64,000 nucleotides of DNA from Blastocladiella emersonii ATCC 22665 (lineage: Eukaryota > Fungi > Blastocladiomycota), in assembly GCA_025594325.1 (NCBI GenBank), contig JANHCV010000001.1:1240001-1304000 (forward strand), read 5' to 3'. Positions 12,354-24,290 of this stretch are shown piece by piece (the first letter of the stretch is position 1; every line of letters begins with the position of its first letter). Made by a program: the position numbers and the translations under genes. The notes beneath the pieces were generated by a model that was not told where the DNA came from, did not search any database, and saw only the letters and a program-made list of their open reading frames with translations.

Positions 12354-13869
12354 CTAGTGGAGCTCGTTCGTGTGCGAGGGGAGGATGGCCTTGCCATCGT
12401 CGTCCTCCATGTCCAGGGGCGACGACTCCTCGCGGAAGCGGCCCTCCCACTTGGCGACGACGACCGACGCGATGCAGTTGCCCGAGAGGTTGACAGCCGT
12501 GCGAGCCATGTCCATGAAGGCGTCGACACCCAGGATGACGAGAATGGCCTCGGTGGGGAGGTTGAACTGGGCGCAGGTACTGGCGAGGATGACGAGACTG
12601 GCGCGAGGAACGGCGGCGACACCCTTGGAGACGAGCATGAGCGAGACCATCATGAAGAGCTGCGTGCCGAACGACTGCTCGACACCGCCGGCCTGGGCGG
12701 CGAAGCGGGCCGCAAGGGCGAGGTAGAGGGTGGTACCGTCGAGGTTGAACGAGTAGCCGAGCGGGAGGACGAAACTGACAATGTCCTTGGGCACGCCAAA
12801 CTCGGCCATGAGCTCCATGGCCATGGGCAGGGCTGACTCGGAACTGGCCGTGAAGAAGGCAAGCATGGCCGGGCGGTAGAGGTACTTGCCGAACTCCATG
12901 AGGTTGATGCGGCAGAAGAGCAGGACCGGGATCAGGACGACCAGGACGAAGATAATGAGCGTGACGTAGAGCGTGCCCACGAGCTGGCCGAGGTTGACGA
13001 GCACACCGAAGCCGTTCTTGCCGATCACCGACATGAGAGCGCCGAGGATACCGAGCGGCGCAAGGCACATAACGAGCCAGGTGAACTGGAACATGATGTC
13101 GCTGACGGCGGCGCACCAGTTGACGAAGACGCGGCGGTGCTCGCGCTTGGCCCAGAGGAGCGAGCACGCGAAGGCGATCGAGAACATGACGACGCCGAGC
13201 GTCTCGTTGCTGGCGGCCACGGCAAAGAACGAGTCGGGGAAGATCTTCTCGACCTCCTTCTCGATGGTGATGTTCTGCGTGTTCTTGAGGATGGCGTCGT
13301 CAAGCTTGCCCTCGACCTTGAGGTTGACGCCAGTACCAGGGCTCACGATGTTGGCCGCAGCAAGACCAAGAAACAACGCAAAGGTGGTCACGATCTCGAA
13401 ATATACGATGCTGGCAATTTTTGAGGTTGCAAGTTAGTAGGGGAGCGAGGCAAAGGCGTAGGAGGCGCTGGGAGGAGAGGGGAAGTGAGCTGAAGCCGTA
13501 CCCCTTCACGAACATGCGACCAACACGCCCGAGGTCGTCACCATGGCCAGCAATGCCGACGATGAGCGTCGAGGCAATCAAAGGGACAATGAGAGCCTGT
13601 TCGAAGTAGGGTATTCGAGTCAGTCAGGTCCGGTCGCCGCGGACGGACCCGATCAGCGAGCGTACCTTGACGGAACGGAGGAAGATGGTTGAGAAGATGT
13701 TGCCGAGCTTGACTACATCCTTGCCGCAGACACCACCGATGAGGAGACCGAGGCCCATGGCGAGGATGATGTAGTGCGTGAGACTGGTCTTCTCGCGAAG
13801 CCAGCGCCAGGGCGTCATGGGCTGCGCCGGCTTGTCGGTCTTGGGGTCGAGTGCTGGTCCTCCGGACAT
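12354..13869 (-). CDS. Dicarboxylate/amino acid:cation symporter (DAACS), bacterial GltP/DctA-type, 2 introns
   Basis: IFLRSVK|ALIVPLI, GIVYFEIVTTFAL, FFTASSESALP, FVLPLGYSFNLDGTTLY, SKGVAAVPRAS, GVDAFMDMARTAVNLSGN. Confidence 0.92.
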
Positions 13870-15043
13870 GGTGATCGTTGGTTACGTGGCAAGGGGGCGA
13901 AGGGTGTGAGGCGAGAGAGAGCGAGGGCGGCGGGGGCACGGGTCCCTTTTGTACGCCCGAGCTGGCGGCCAGGCGCGAGGTGGGCTTCGGTTGATCACAG
14001 CGGGGCGAAGCGGGGGAAGGCGACCTCGTCCCCGTTTCAGTCTTTTTTTTGTGCAAATGAGCGTGCCCATGAGGCTCACCCCGCGGGCATCCATGGCCAT
14101 GCGGCCGTGGTCAGCTGGCCATGCCTCGTCCCACCAGCCTCGCAGCCCGCCCTTGTCTGGGAAATGAGCTGTGCACATTGCGGCGCCACGATAATCCTTG
14201 TCACCGCGTCACCGATGCTCTCGCCTCGCACCCTCTGCAACACGCTTCAAGGCTTCGTTCTTCATGACGTGCAGTTCGCGCGCGTAAAGCGAGCGGTGGC
14301 CAGGAGCTCGTGCGGCTGCCGTCGCGGCGACCTCAGGTCCTTGGAATGCTCATGAGTTAGCAGACAGGCGTCGGCCGTGAGCGCATGGGGCCTCGTGGGC
14401 TCGGCCCATCGATGGGCCCATCACAAGCAACGCCCATTCCGGTGCCCAATTCCAGCCGAACACCGCAATCGCCACGCTGTCCGCGCGACCGAGTCGCGTC
14501 GTGACAGCTCTCCGAGCGACTTGGATCCTCAGCGTACGGCCCAATAAATATCCGGAGTGTCGCGTCGGGCCGTGGTCTGGAAGTTCGAGCGGCCTTCGCG
14601 GCGGTTGCCGTTTGCATCCGAAGCGCGTGCAAACGAAGATCCGCGACGCGCGAGTGGCTCACCGCGCCCGGGTGGCGCAGCCCTGTCCCGTCCCTAGCTC
14701 CATTTTTACCCCGCAGCGCCGCCGCTCCGTCGGGCGATCCCGCCGAAGAGAACCCGCGATCCGAGAACAAAGAGTTTGCCCGAGGGTCTCATGACGCAGG
14801 CCTTTCTAACTTTGTGGGATGAGAAAGTCATGGAGGCAGGACCGCAGCGAATCTCGCCGGTGATTGGTCGGAATCTTCTCGATCGACGCGACGCGACGCG
14901 TCGCGCGCGAGGTCCGCGGTCCGCGAAGCAGTCGTTACGGCAGACAGCAAGTCGGCCCAGCGCTCAACGTTGGGCCCACGTCAGAGTAGTGTGCAATTGC
15001 GTGTAGTAGTGAACAACCAGCTGAATGTAGGCAAAGACCATCG

Positions 15044-17423
15044 CTAGCCCGTCAACGGCGCTCCGCTCTGCCCCGCGGCCACAGCGGCGCTCTTCTCGAG
15101 CGCGGCGATGAGCCTTTTCTTGTGAAAGTGCATGGCGACGTAGAGCGCGGCAGGAACTAGCAGGCGATGCTGCTGAGTCAGCAACCGGATCGAGGAATCG
15201 TGCGAGAATAGAGCGAGACACGTACCCATGACAACGATCCCGGCGACCGAGCCAATGATCGCGTACATGGTGGTCTGGTCCTCGGACACGCGGCCCTTGC
15301 CGTCGCCCGGGATCGTCGGCTGCGGCTGCTGCGTGATCGTGTTGTTGGGGAGGACGACGTTCGAGACCCAGCCCGGGATCTGGTCTACACGGGCGTCGAA
15401 CGACACGTCAGTGGACCGTTATCCATTGAGAGCGCATCAAACGCGACGTACACGCGACGGGCAAGCTGTACGTGTAGACGCAGTCGCCCGCGGGCGCGCC
15501 GACCACGACGAGGTTGCCCGACGTCGCGATGGCCTTGCCAAAGTGGTCCGCGGCGTACGTCGATGCCACGGTACTCGCGTTGCTGGACGTGACAAGCGTG
15601 CCGAGCCAGTCCATGGGCACCGTCGCGTTGGTCGACTCGCGGATCACGTCCTCGAACCCATACACTTGCATGCCCGCGACGCGGCGGTGCATGAGGTACA
15701 CGGCGCCGCGGCCCGTAAGCCCCGCCGCGTCCGCGATCCACGTCGCGCGGCCGTCGGGCGTGCTGGCCATGGACCCGCCGAAGAAGCTGTGGTCGCGGCG
15801 GACCGGGTTCGCGACAGTTCCGTCGGCCGTCCACGCGTCCCACACACCAAACTTGTTGCTGATCATGCGCAGGACCTTGGCCGCGAGCCGCGGCGCGCCG
15901 ACGTGCAGGACGCCCATCTTGGACGAGGCGTCAATACCGAGCGCGAGGCCGAGACCGAACCAGTCCTCGTTGGTCCACGTCGACGGGAAGCCGACCTCGG
16001 ACCCGACGACCTGCGTAACGCGCGTGAACGTGTTGATGTTCTGGCGGTACAGCGTGACGATGCCTGACGAGCTGTTGGTCGCAGTGTCGACGCGGTAGTC
16101 GCGCACGGCCAGCAGCGTGTCGAGCGCGCCCGTGCCGGCCACGGCAAAGTCGATCCCGATGGTGCCGAGCGGGACGGGCGACTGCGCGCCGAGGAACGAG
16201 ACGCCCTGCCTACACGCGCGCGAGAGCGGTCAGGGTCGAACTTTCGCGACAACGGGGTGAGCTCGTACCATGTGTCGCTCGCCGACGTGAGGCGGAAGAC
16301 AGCGACGCCAAGATTGGTCGTCGACGACGTGGGCAGCAGCGGCCACTGACCCGCCGCGACATCGGCGCCGTACTGCGGCGGGTTTCCGTTCGACTTGACG
16401 CCGCCGGGCGCGCTGACGCCGTCCCACGCGCCGTTGCTCGAGACAAAGAGGAACGGGTTGGTCGTGTCGGGCGAAAAGCGGAGCTTGGACCCGAACCGGT
16501 CAAAGTACCGCCGCGACATGCCGCTGATCCGGGTCAGGTCGAGCTGGCTGTGCAGCGTCGCGGTGCCCGCGGCGTCGATCTTGTACAGCACGACGGACCC
16601 GTGGTACGGGTGCCACGCAATGTTGCGCAACGGAAGCGACGTGAAGTTGGTGAAGGAACGCCCCGGAACGCCGATGGCGAGCCAGTCGCCCGCGGCGCTG
16701 AAGTGCACGTCGTAGCCGAACAGGGTCAACGGCGATGAGGTGCCCGTGCCGTTCCACAGCTGGCCCGTCGAAGACTGGGCGAACGGGTCGGTGAGCGTCG
16801 TGACGAGCGTCCATGCGGAGGATGGCGGGTAGTTGGACAGCCGCACGTCCTGCGTCGTGGTCGTCGTGTTGGTGCACGACGTGGTTCCTGCAGATGATGA
16901 ACTCGCACTCGATGAAGTCGAGGACGCCGACGTCGCGGCAGTCGACGTCGCAGAAACTGTTGTTGCGGAAGCGGTGCTCGTCGGGGTCACGGTCCACGTC
17001 GCTGTGCCGTTGTTGCAGACCTGCACCGTGCTCGTGACGTTGACGGTCGAGACGTCGACTGACAAGTACGGCGCGCGGTACAGGTGTACTGACGTGTCCC
17101 ACGGTTGCCCGACTGCCTGTTTCAAGTTTGGGGTGGGTCAGCCTATGTTTTGTGTTCACTGAGCAGAGTCGGCGACGCACCATCCAAGTCCAGTTTCCGC
17201 GTGTGACTGAAGCGACCGAGTAGCCGAACATGCCACCCGCCCTTGTCGCGCATAGCGGGTTTCCGAGTGGTGGCACCGTTTTGGACGTGATGGCTGCTGC
17301 GGCTGGCGATAGTAACGAGCAGAGGGTGCCGAGGGCCACGCAGAGCCCGAGCGCGAAGCTTCTCAGGGCTTCCGACCCGTGTTCGCGGTTTCGTTTCATG
17401 GTATGTCTAGAGGATAGCTTCAT
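15044..17423 (-). CDS. Type-I membrane protein with signal peptide, FG-GAP-like beta-propeller repeats, one TM helix and a short cytoplasmic tail (706 aa model; exons 17181-17423, 16269-17116, 15452-16209, 15226-15384, 15044-15156)
   Basis: Four GT-AG introns give a phase-consistent 2121-nt CDS. Repeats: MFGYSVAS..AVGQP, LFGYDVHF..LAIGVP, RFGSKLRF, WFGLGLAL..LHVGAP, FFGGSMAS..GAVYL, HFGKAIATSGNLVVVGAP. TM AIIGSVAGIVVMVPAALYVAMHF, followed by HKKR. Confidence 0.8.
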
Positions 17424-17499
17424 TGTGTTGTGCTGCAGGTTTGGAGGGTCTGAAGGGCTCCGCGATGGAAGCCGAAGCAACAGCGCGCCGCGAGACAGA

Positions 17500-17513
17500 A
17501 AAACGCGTCGCGT
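17500..17513. promoter_or_regulatory. AAAACGCGTCGCGT (MCB-like ACGCGT core) in the divergent promoter of the FG-GAP and phosphatase genes
   Basis: The exact 14-mer also occurs at 60499-60512; function is inferred only. Confidence 0.3.
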
Positions 17514-17670
17514 CGAGCATCGCGTGATGCCGCGTGCACTTGAGCCACTTTGAAGCGATCGGCTGCGCTTCGCCACCCCCGACCTCCCCCTCTCATTCCT
17601 CGCGAATGCAATGCAGCACGGACCACGCAACTGAGCGCAACTGAACCCATAGACCCCTTGCTCCTATCCC

Positions 17671-19071
17671 ATGATGCCTCGCGCGCTCGGCCCGTTCCTC
17701 CGGCGCGGGCTCATCGCCTTTGTGCTCCTGTTCACCGTCCTCGGGCTCCTTTTCCGGTACATGTCGTCGGATCCGCAAGAGGAAGCGCGCACCGCCCCGT
17801 CCAAGCTCGACGAGACCGACTCGGTAATGTTCGCGCGGCAGTCGACGGCGCCGTGGCCGTACTGCGAGGCGCCGCTCACGGCGCCCGGTGAGACGGCCTC
17901 GCTCGACTCTGCGCACCGCAACGTCGCGTGGAAGGACACGCACGAGCTGCGGCACGTCTACGTGATGGCGCGCCACGGCGACCGCACGCCGACCATCTGG
18001 CCGAGCGAGGCCGACGGGTTCCACGCCAAGCCGTCCGAGGCGTCGATCCCCGTGTTCCCGCTCTACTCGCACTGCGACCCCGTCGTCGAGCCGTCGCGCA
18101 CGGGGCTCAAGCGGTACCCGGACCCGGGATGGAGCGGCAACTGTGTGCTCGGCCAGCTCACGGCGCTCGGCGCGCGCCAGCTGCAGAACATGGGCCGGTT
18201 CTACCGCCTGCGGTACCAGAGCCTGTTCAAGACCGAGGACGGGCACGCCACGTTCCGGAGCACCGACTTCAAGTGCGTAGCGCTCAATTTGCTCGGACGC
18301 TCAAACCCCGCTCACCTCGGTTCAATCTGTAGCCGCACGATTGCGAGCGCATGGCACTTTGCCCGCGGCATGTTCCACGGCTCGTCGCACCTCCCGGACC
18401 CCGCAAGCCTGATTATTACCGAGCACCCGCAGACCGACGCGCTGTCGCTCGCGAACCCCGCGCTCGGCCGGTCCATCTTCGCCGACTTTGACCTGACCGC
18501 GCTCTCGCTCCCGGCCGTCCGCGCCTTCCCGACGTACCCGTGGACCAACAGCGACCTGGGCCGTCTGTTCGACGTGTTCGCGACGTCGCGGTGCCAAGGC
18601 ATCAAGGCGTGCTTCCGGACCAACGCGACCAACGAGTGCATGTCCGACTCGGACGCGGACGCGCTGCTCAAGTGGGCGGACGCGCAGTTCAACCGCCTCG
18701 ACCCGGCGTACGTCGACAAGACGGGCGGGCGCGCGATCCGCGAACTCGTGCTCGCGCCCGGCCGCGCCGCCGACCTGCGCCGCGGCGTCTCGGTCATGGC
18801 TACCCACGACACGACGCTCGCGGTCGTCCTGCGTGCGCTCGGGTACGACATGCCCGCGTGGCCGCCGTACGCGAGCCATATCGCTTTCGAGGCGTGGCGG
18901 TCCCGCAAGGGCGACGGCGAGACCGTGTTCCGCGTCGTGTACAATGGCGAGGAGATTTGTGGCGCGGCGCGGCGGTGCCCGATCCTCATCTCGTGAAACT
19001 TCTTCTCTCGCGCACATAATACATGTCCTAGGTTTGTGATCGAGTGGTATCGGAGCGGCCAGCGCCCATAA
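17671..19071 (+). CDS. Histidine acid phosphatase (clade 2) with N-terminal signal anchor, 2 probable introns
   Basis: RHGDRTP catalytic motif, GQLTALG, spliced RSTDFNRTIASA, THDTT, WPPYASHIAFE. Confidence 0.9.
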
Positions 19072-19185
19072 TCTATTCGGTGGGATGGTGGAGTGGAGCG
19101 GGATGGATACATGCAAGGTCATGATGAGTGGGGAGGGGGGTCTGCGCAAGGGAAAGTCGAAGTCGAGGGAGAGCGCGTTGCGCGC

Positions 19186-21502
19186 TCAGTTGAGCAGCCA
19201 GCTCAGCTGCAGCCGCTTGTCGGGGACCGAGTGCCGGCCCGTCATGTTGGGTGCCGACGACGACCGCGCGAGCGGCGGGTGCTGCAGGACGGCGACGGAC
19301 GCGGGTTTCGGGGTCGACGACGACGGCGGGTGGTAGTAGAAGCCCGACTCGGCAGCGGGCGCAACCGACGGTGCCGGCACCGGAGCCCATACCGGCGCCG
19401 CGGACGCCGCCGTGTACTCAAGCGGCTGCGGCGGAGGCGACGGCGAGGCTGACGTCCCGGACCCGCCCGACGACAGCGACGGGGCCGACGAGTCCATGGA
19501 CCGCGACGCGGCGCGGCTCGCCGCCTCGTTGACCTCGGCCATGGTGAACTCGGGGACCGCCGGGTCCGTGGCGGCTGCCGCAGTCGAGCTCGACTCGTCC
19601 GTCGTGGCGGCGGCAGCAGCAGCAGCCGCGGCCTCGGCGGCCGCGAGGCGGCGCGACTTGCGCGCGTCGCCGATCTTGAGCAGGAGGTACATGCCCTCGC
19701 GGGCGATGCGCTGCTCCCACTCGGGACTGAGGCTCCAGTACGAGCAGCGGCGGCCGGGCCCGAGCTTGCGCGGTGCGCCCGCGGGCGACTTGACGACGAC
19801 GGCAACGGGATCCGAGCTCACGCCCGCGGCCTGCGCGGAGGCGGTCGCAGCGGCCGCCGCCGCGGCCGACGACGCGGCGGCGACGACCGTGGGCTCGTGC
19901 TTGATGAAGATGCCCGAGCGCGACAGGTTGAACCGGACCGTGTTCTGCCACGACGTGGCGCCGGCGGTCCCATTCGCGTTGCCGCTCGTCGGCCCGTAGA
20001 AGGCCGGGTACCGCTTCTCGATGGCGTTGTACAGGTCGCGCAGTGTCAGCCGGCGGTCGGGTGCCGCGAGGATGCACTCGGCGATGATGTACGGGTACGG
20101 CTGCGGCGGGCGGATCCGCTGGCGCAGACCTGCCGTTGTCACGACCGTTGGACCGAGCGTCGCGCACCGCGGACCCGTGGGTGCGGGCGCCGGCAGCTGG
20201 GCGGCGACGGCCGCCGCGAACGGGTTGGTGGTGTGGAAACCGCCGACGGCCGGGTGGGACAGCTGCTGATGCTGCTGGTGCTGCGCGTGCTGCTGCGGGA
20301 GGATCGCGACGTCGGTCGGGACGACGTCGGCGGCGGGCGGCTGCTGCGAGCCCGTGACAGCTTCGATGCTCGGCAGGTCGGCCGATCCGGGCGTCGAGTA
20401 CGTCGCCTCGGACTTGACGACGACCGCGGCGGGCATCGGGACCGACGCGTGGCCGTGGTGCGGGGACCGCGAGTACGGGTCGCTCCAGCGTCGCTGGTCT
20501 CGCGGGCGCGACGACGGCGACGCGTGCCGCTGGTGGTACTGGGCGGCAGTCGGGGTCGGCAGCGGTGGCGAGTGGGTCGCCGACAGGCTGAGGCGCGAGA
20601 GTGTCGCGGCCGAGTCGAGCTCGAGGGCCGAGAACTGGTGGTACGCGGGATGCTGGTGTTGATGGTGGTGGTGTCGCTGGGCCGGGGCCGGCGACGACAT
20701 GCTCGGGAGCGACGACATGGAGTGCGGACGCGTCAGGACTGGGGCCACGACCGCGGGGGCGGCCGACGACGACGACCGGTCGCCCATGATGTACGGGGTC
20801 GGCCAGCCCGTGTAGGTCGCCGAGGACGCGGTCGAGGTCGAGAGCGGCATGGTCGAGGACGGCGAGTGCATGGCGTTGGCCGAGGTACCGGGGTGGAAGG
20901 ACTGGGAGCGCGGGAGGAGCGGGGGCGCGGTCGGGTTTTGAAGGCCGGCGGGCGCCGTCGCGTACGCGTGCGCGTGGGCGACGAGATCCTGCGAGACCCG
21001 GCGGCGGCTGTGCGACGAGAAGGCAAACGACGCGAGCCTCGTACCAGCGGGCGGTCCACTGGGCGTCGTCGTGATCGGGGCCTAGAGATCGCGCGCGCGC
21101 GGGGCCACGGCGCGTTTGTTAGCGGACGTATTCTTCCGGCGGCGGCGTCAGGGCGCGAAGCGGACGTAGAAGCCGCACCAGCAGGTCCGACGGCGCGTCG
21201 GCGCGCGAGGAATCGGGCGAAATCACGTTGGGGCGTGCGCCGTGGGCCAGTGATTGGAGCAGTGATCTCGTGGCGCGGCGCGCTGCGAGGGACGGCTCGG
21301 CGGCACGGAATGGCTGCGGCGGCGACGCGAGCGCGGGCGCACCACTCGGCGCGATGGCAGGTGCGGCCGCGGCACCAATGGCGGCGCCGGGCGGCGGCAG
21401 AGATGAAACGGAGGAAGAGGGGGTCGGCGCCGCGTCGCGCGGGTCGCGCGCGCCGGCGGCGGTGCACGATGGCTGCATCGCGGAGGAGAACATGGCGTGC
21501 AT
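19186..21502 (-). CDS. Forkhead-box transcription factor; model exons 21179-21502, 21045-21081, 20966-20988, 19186-20901
   Basis: Winged-helix PPQPYPYIIAECILAAPDRRLTLRDLYNAIEKRYPAF...WQNTVRFNLS...SYW. Three phase-consistent GT-AG introns link the upstream MHAMFSS exon; an alternative start exists at 20871. Confidence 0.85.
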
Positions 21503-23670
21503 CTAGCTGCAGGTAATAGTGCAAGGGCGTGAATGGGGAGGAGCGAGAGGGAGCGCGGGCCGGCAATGGGCGGGCGGCGGGCGAACGCGGCGGCGACGCG
21601 AGCGATGGGAGCGCGAGGTGGGCGACGCGTCGCGCGGGTCACGCGATGCTCTACGAGAACAAGTTGGGCGAGTTGCGACCGAGTCAGTCGATGATGAGTA
21701 CGCGCAAATCGCTCGCAGCGAGGGAGAAATGAGGATGCAGGACGCGGGGTGCAACGGAACGCGAGTCGGCGGTGGGGTCCGAAGCCGGACACGGCCGCGT
21801 GTCGGCACTCGCGCGCGGAAGGCAAGATCGGATCAACCAGTGAGTTTGCAACGCAACGCAGCGGCGCAGCAGACCCTGCGTCGAGTGGACTGGGCGGCGC
21901 ACGAGTGGGGAGGGACCAGTTGCCGGTGCTACGCCCGCAATCTGGAAGGAGCGGGTCGAACGCCGCGTGGCTGCACACGCAGGCCAAGAATACGCGTTGA
22001 GCGCACGTTTTCGATTGAGGGAGCAGGAGATGGGCGAGTTGATGGCGAGGTTGCGAGGGTTGGAGGCAGGATGTGGTCGCGGAGGATGAGGATGCGAGGA
22101 TGAAGACCACGGTCAACAGTCGTTGGCGACGCGCGGAAACGTGTGAGGGGACGAGGGCGAGCGAGGCAGAGACTATAAATACCGAGGCGTAGCGCGAGGT
22201 TGGCCAGGGAGCTGCTATCCCGAGCAGCAAGCGCGGGGGTCGGCGGCGATCAGGGAGGGACACAAGCCACAGCTCGTTTGACGGGCAATGACGTCGGTGA
22301 CGATGGTCGCTGGGACGACGAGGATCTACGACGGCAGGGAGGCAAGAGCGGATTGAGGTCTGAGTGGTGAGCGGAGATAATAAGAGAGTGGGATGGTCGG
22401 TGGCCGGCGGCGGTGGCCTGGCCACGGGCTGGTACGAGCTGGCGGACGCGTACCTGGTGGTCGGGACGCGTGAGCACTGCGCGATCCGGACAACGAGACG
22501 TCCGTGAGGAAGGAGAGAGAGAGCGGGAAGCCAGGGAGGCGCAGCTCTTGAAGAAGAGGGCGCCGAGTGTCGGCAGGAGTGATGGGCGAGGACGAGGGCA
22601 CGCGCTCGCGTGCGCAAACGCGGAATGAAACGGGCGACCAGCGGATGAGGTGACGTTGCTACAAAGCGGAGAAACGTTTGGATCGCAGCAACGCGGCGTT
22701 CGTTAGCGTTGCTCAAACAGGGCCGGGCGGATCAGAGTCTACGAGTCCCGCCGGGATCAACAGCACCCGGAAGGCGGCCGTCGAGGTCTTTGACCACGGC
22801 GAGACCGAGAGATCCCGGGCATGTCCGACGTGTTGATGGCCTTAGCCTTGACGACGGTGAAGGCGACCGTGACCACGCACATGCCGCGTTTCAACAGTCG
22901 AAACGGGTATTCATCTCGGTGGGTCGAGCGAAGCAGGTCATCGCGTCGGCGGCGCCTCCACGTGAGAGCGTGTCCGACAACCCACCAGGTTTGAGCCTGG
23001 GGCCGCAAGATGAGCAAGGACAAGCTGGTACGCACAGTTTCGACGCTCGACGAGCGTCACGGAGGGCGAGAGTTGAGCAGCAAGATGCACGGCGCCAGCG
23101 CTCGTGCAACGTGTGGTCGACTGTACAAGGTTGGGTATACCATCCCCGAAGAAGAGCAGAACCGAAAGGGAGCGTCGAGGCAGGGACGACGGGCTCGCGC
23201 TCCAGGGACGGCGATCCGAGTCCAAGAATCAGCGCGCACGGCAGTGGAGGTGGCCGGACGCCTGAAACAGATAAGTTCATGCTCCCGAGGCGGGACGCAC
23301 CGGGGACTAGCGCGATCATGAAGCTTGTCGCTACTGAAGCCGATGCACGCTCGGCTGGCCCCTGCCGTTCAGAGGCGAGGGAGGCGCGCCACGGCGCGGT
23401 CGCCGGTTTTGCGCGGGAGCGCCTGCCCGCTCATCGACCGTCGGGATTACCGCGCCGCGTGCGCTTGTAGCAACGTCAGCATCGCCTGGCGCCCGGCGGG
23501 CAGCGTCGGCGGGCGAGGTGGCGCAGCCCGGCCGCGCCCTGCTGCGGACGCGGCGCGCCACACGCGCCGATCGGCCCACGTGACGGGCGCTTTCCCTCGT
23601 TTCTCCGCGCGCTTGGCCGAAGCTTGAACCTCCCTCTCTCTTGCATCATCCCAAACGCAAACGAATGAAC

Positions 23671-24245
23671 ATGTCCTCGCGACCACGAGTCTTTGCAACG
23701 GTTGGCACCACGCGCTTCGCGGCGCTCGTCGACCAGATCACGTCCGAGGCCGCGCTTGCGGCGCTCTTCGAGCACGGCTACGGCTCGCTGACCGTCCAGG
23801 CCGGCACAACGGCCGCGAGCGCGACCGCACCGTCCTCGCCCGTCCGCCGCGGGCTACCGTCGGTCACCATCTACGACTACAAGCCGACGCTCGCTGCAGA
23901 CATGGCCGAGGCCGACCTCGTCGTATCGCACGCCGGCGCGGGCTGCGTCATTGAGGCGCTGCGCATGGGCAAGCGGGTCGTCGTCGTCATCAACGAGGCG
24001 CTCATGGACAACCACCAGGCCGAGCTGGCCCGCGCGCTGCACCGCGAAAACTATATCGTGTCGTGCCACCCGAGGTATGTCCGATTGCTCGGTGGGGGCG
24101 AGCGAGAGCTGACCCTTCGAGTTCGTGTAGCGAGCTCGTCGATGCGATCCACGCGATCCACGCCGTGCGGTTAACGCCGTTCCCGCAGCAGGACACGTCG
24201 CGCTTCCCTGCCCTCCTCCGCGAAACCATTCTGTTCGGCAACTAG
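23671..24245 (+). CDS. ALG13: UDP-N-acetylglucosamine transferase subunit ALG13, 1 intron
   Basis: VFATVGTTRF, ADLVVSHAGAGCVIEAL, VVVINEALMDNHQAELA. Confidence 0.95.
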
Positions 24246-24290
24246 CAGCAGTCAACCACCGCTCATATATACCCCACGGATCTGCCACCA

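Noticed and set aside
14403-14418. 16-bp perfect palindrome GGCCCATCGATGGGCC
   Set aside because: Single GC-rich occurrence; chance cannot be excluded.
15044-17423. Calling the FG-GAP protein a true integrin alpha
   Set aside because: It lacks thigh/calf domains and clear calcium-binding loops, and HFHKKR only loosely resembles GFFKR.
7702-24245. ALG1 and ALG13 (plus SEC61-gamma, SEC8, VTI1, DYM) as a secretory or N-glycosylation gene cluster
   Set aside because: They are separated by unrelated genes, and such housekeeping genes are common enough to co-occur by chance.
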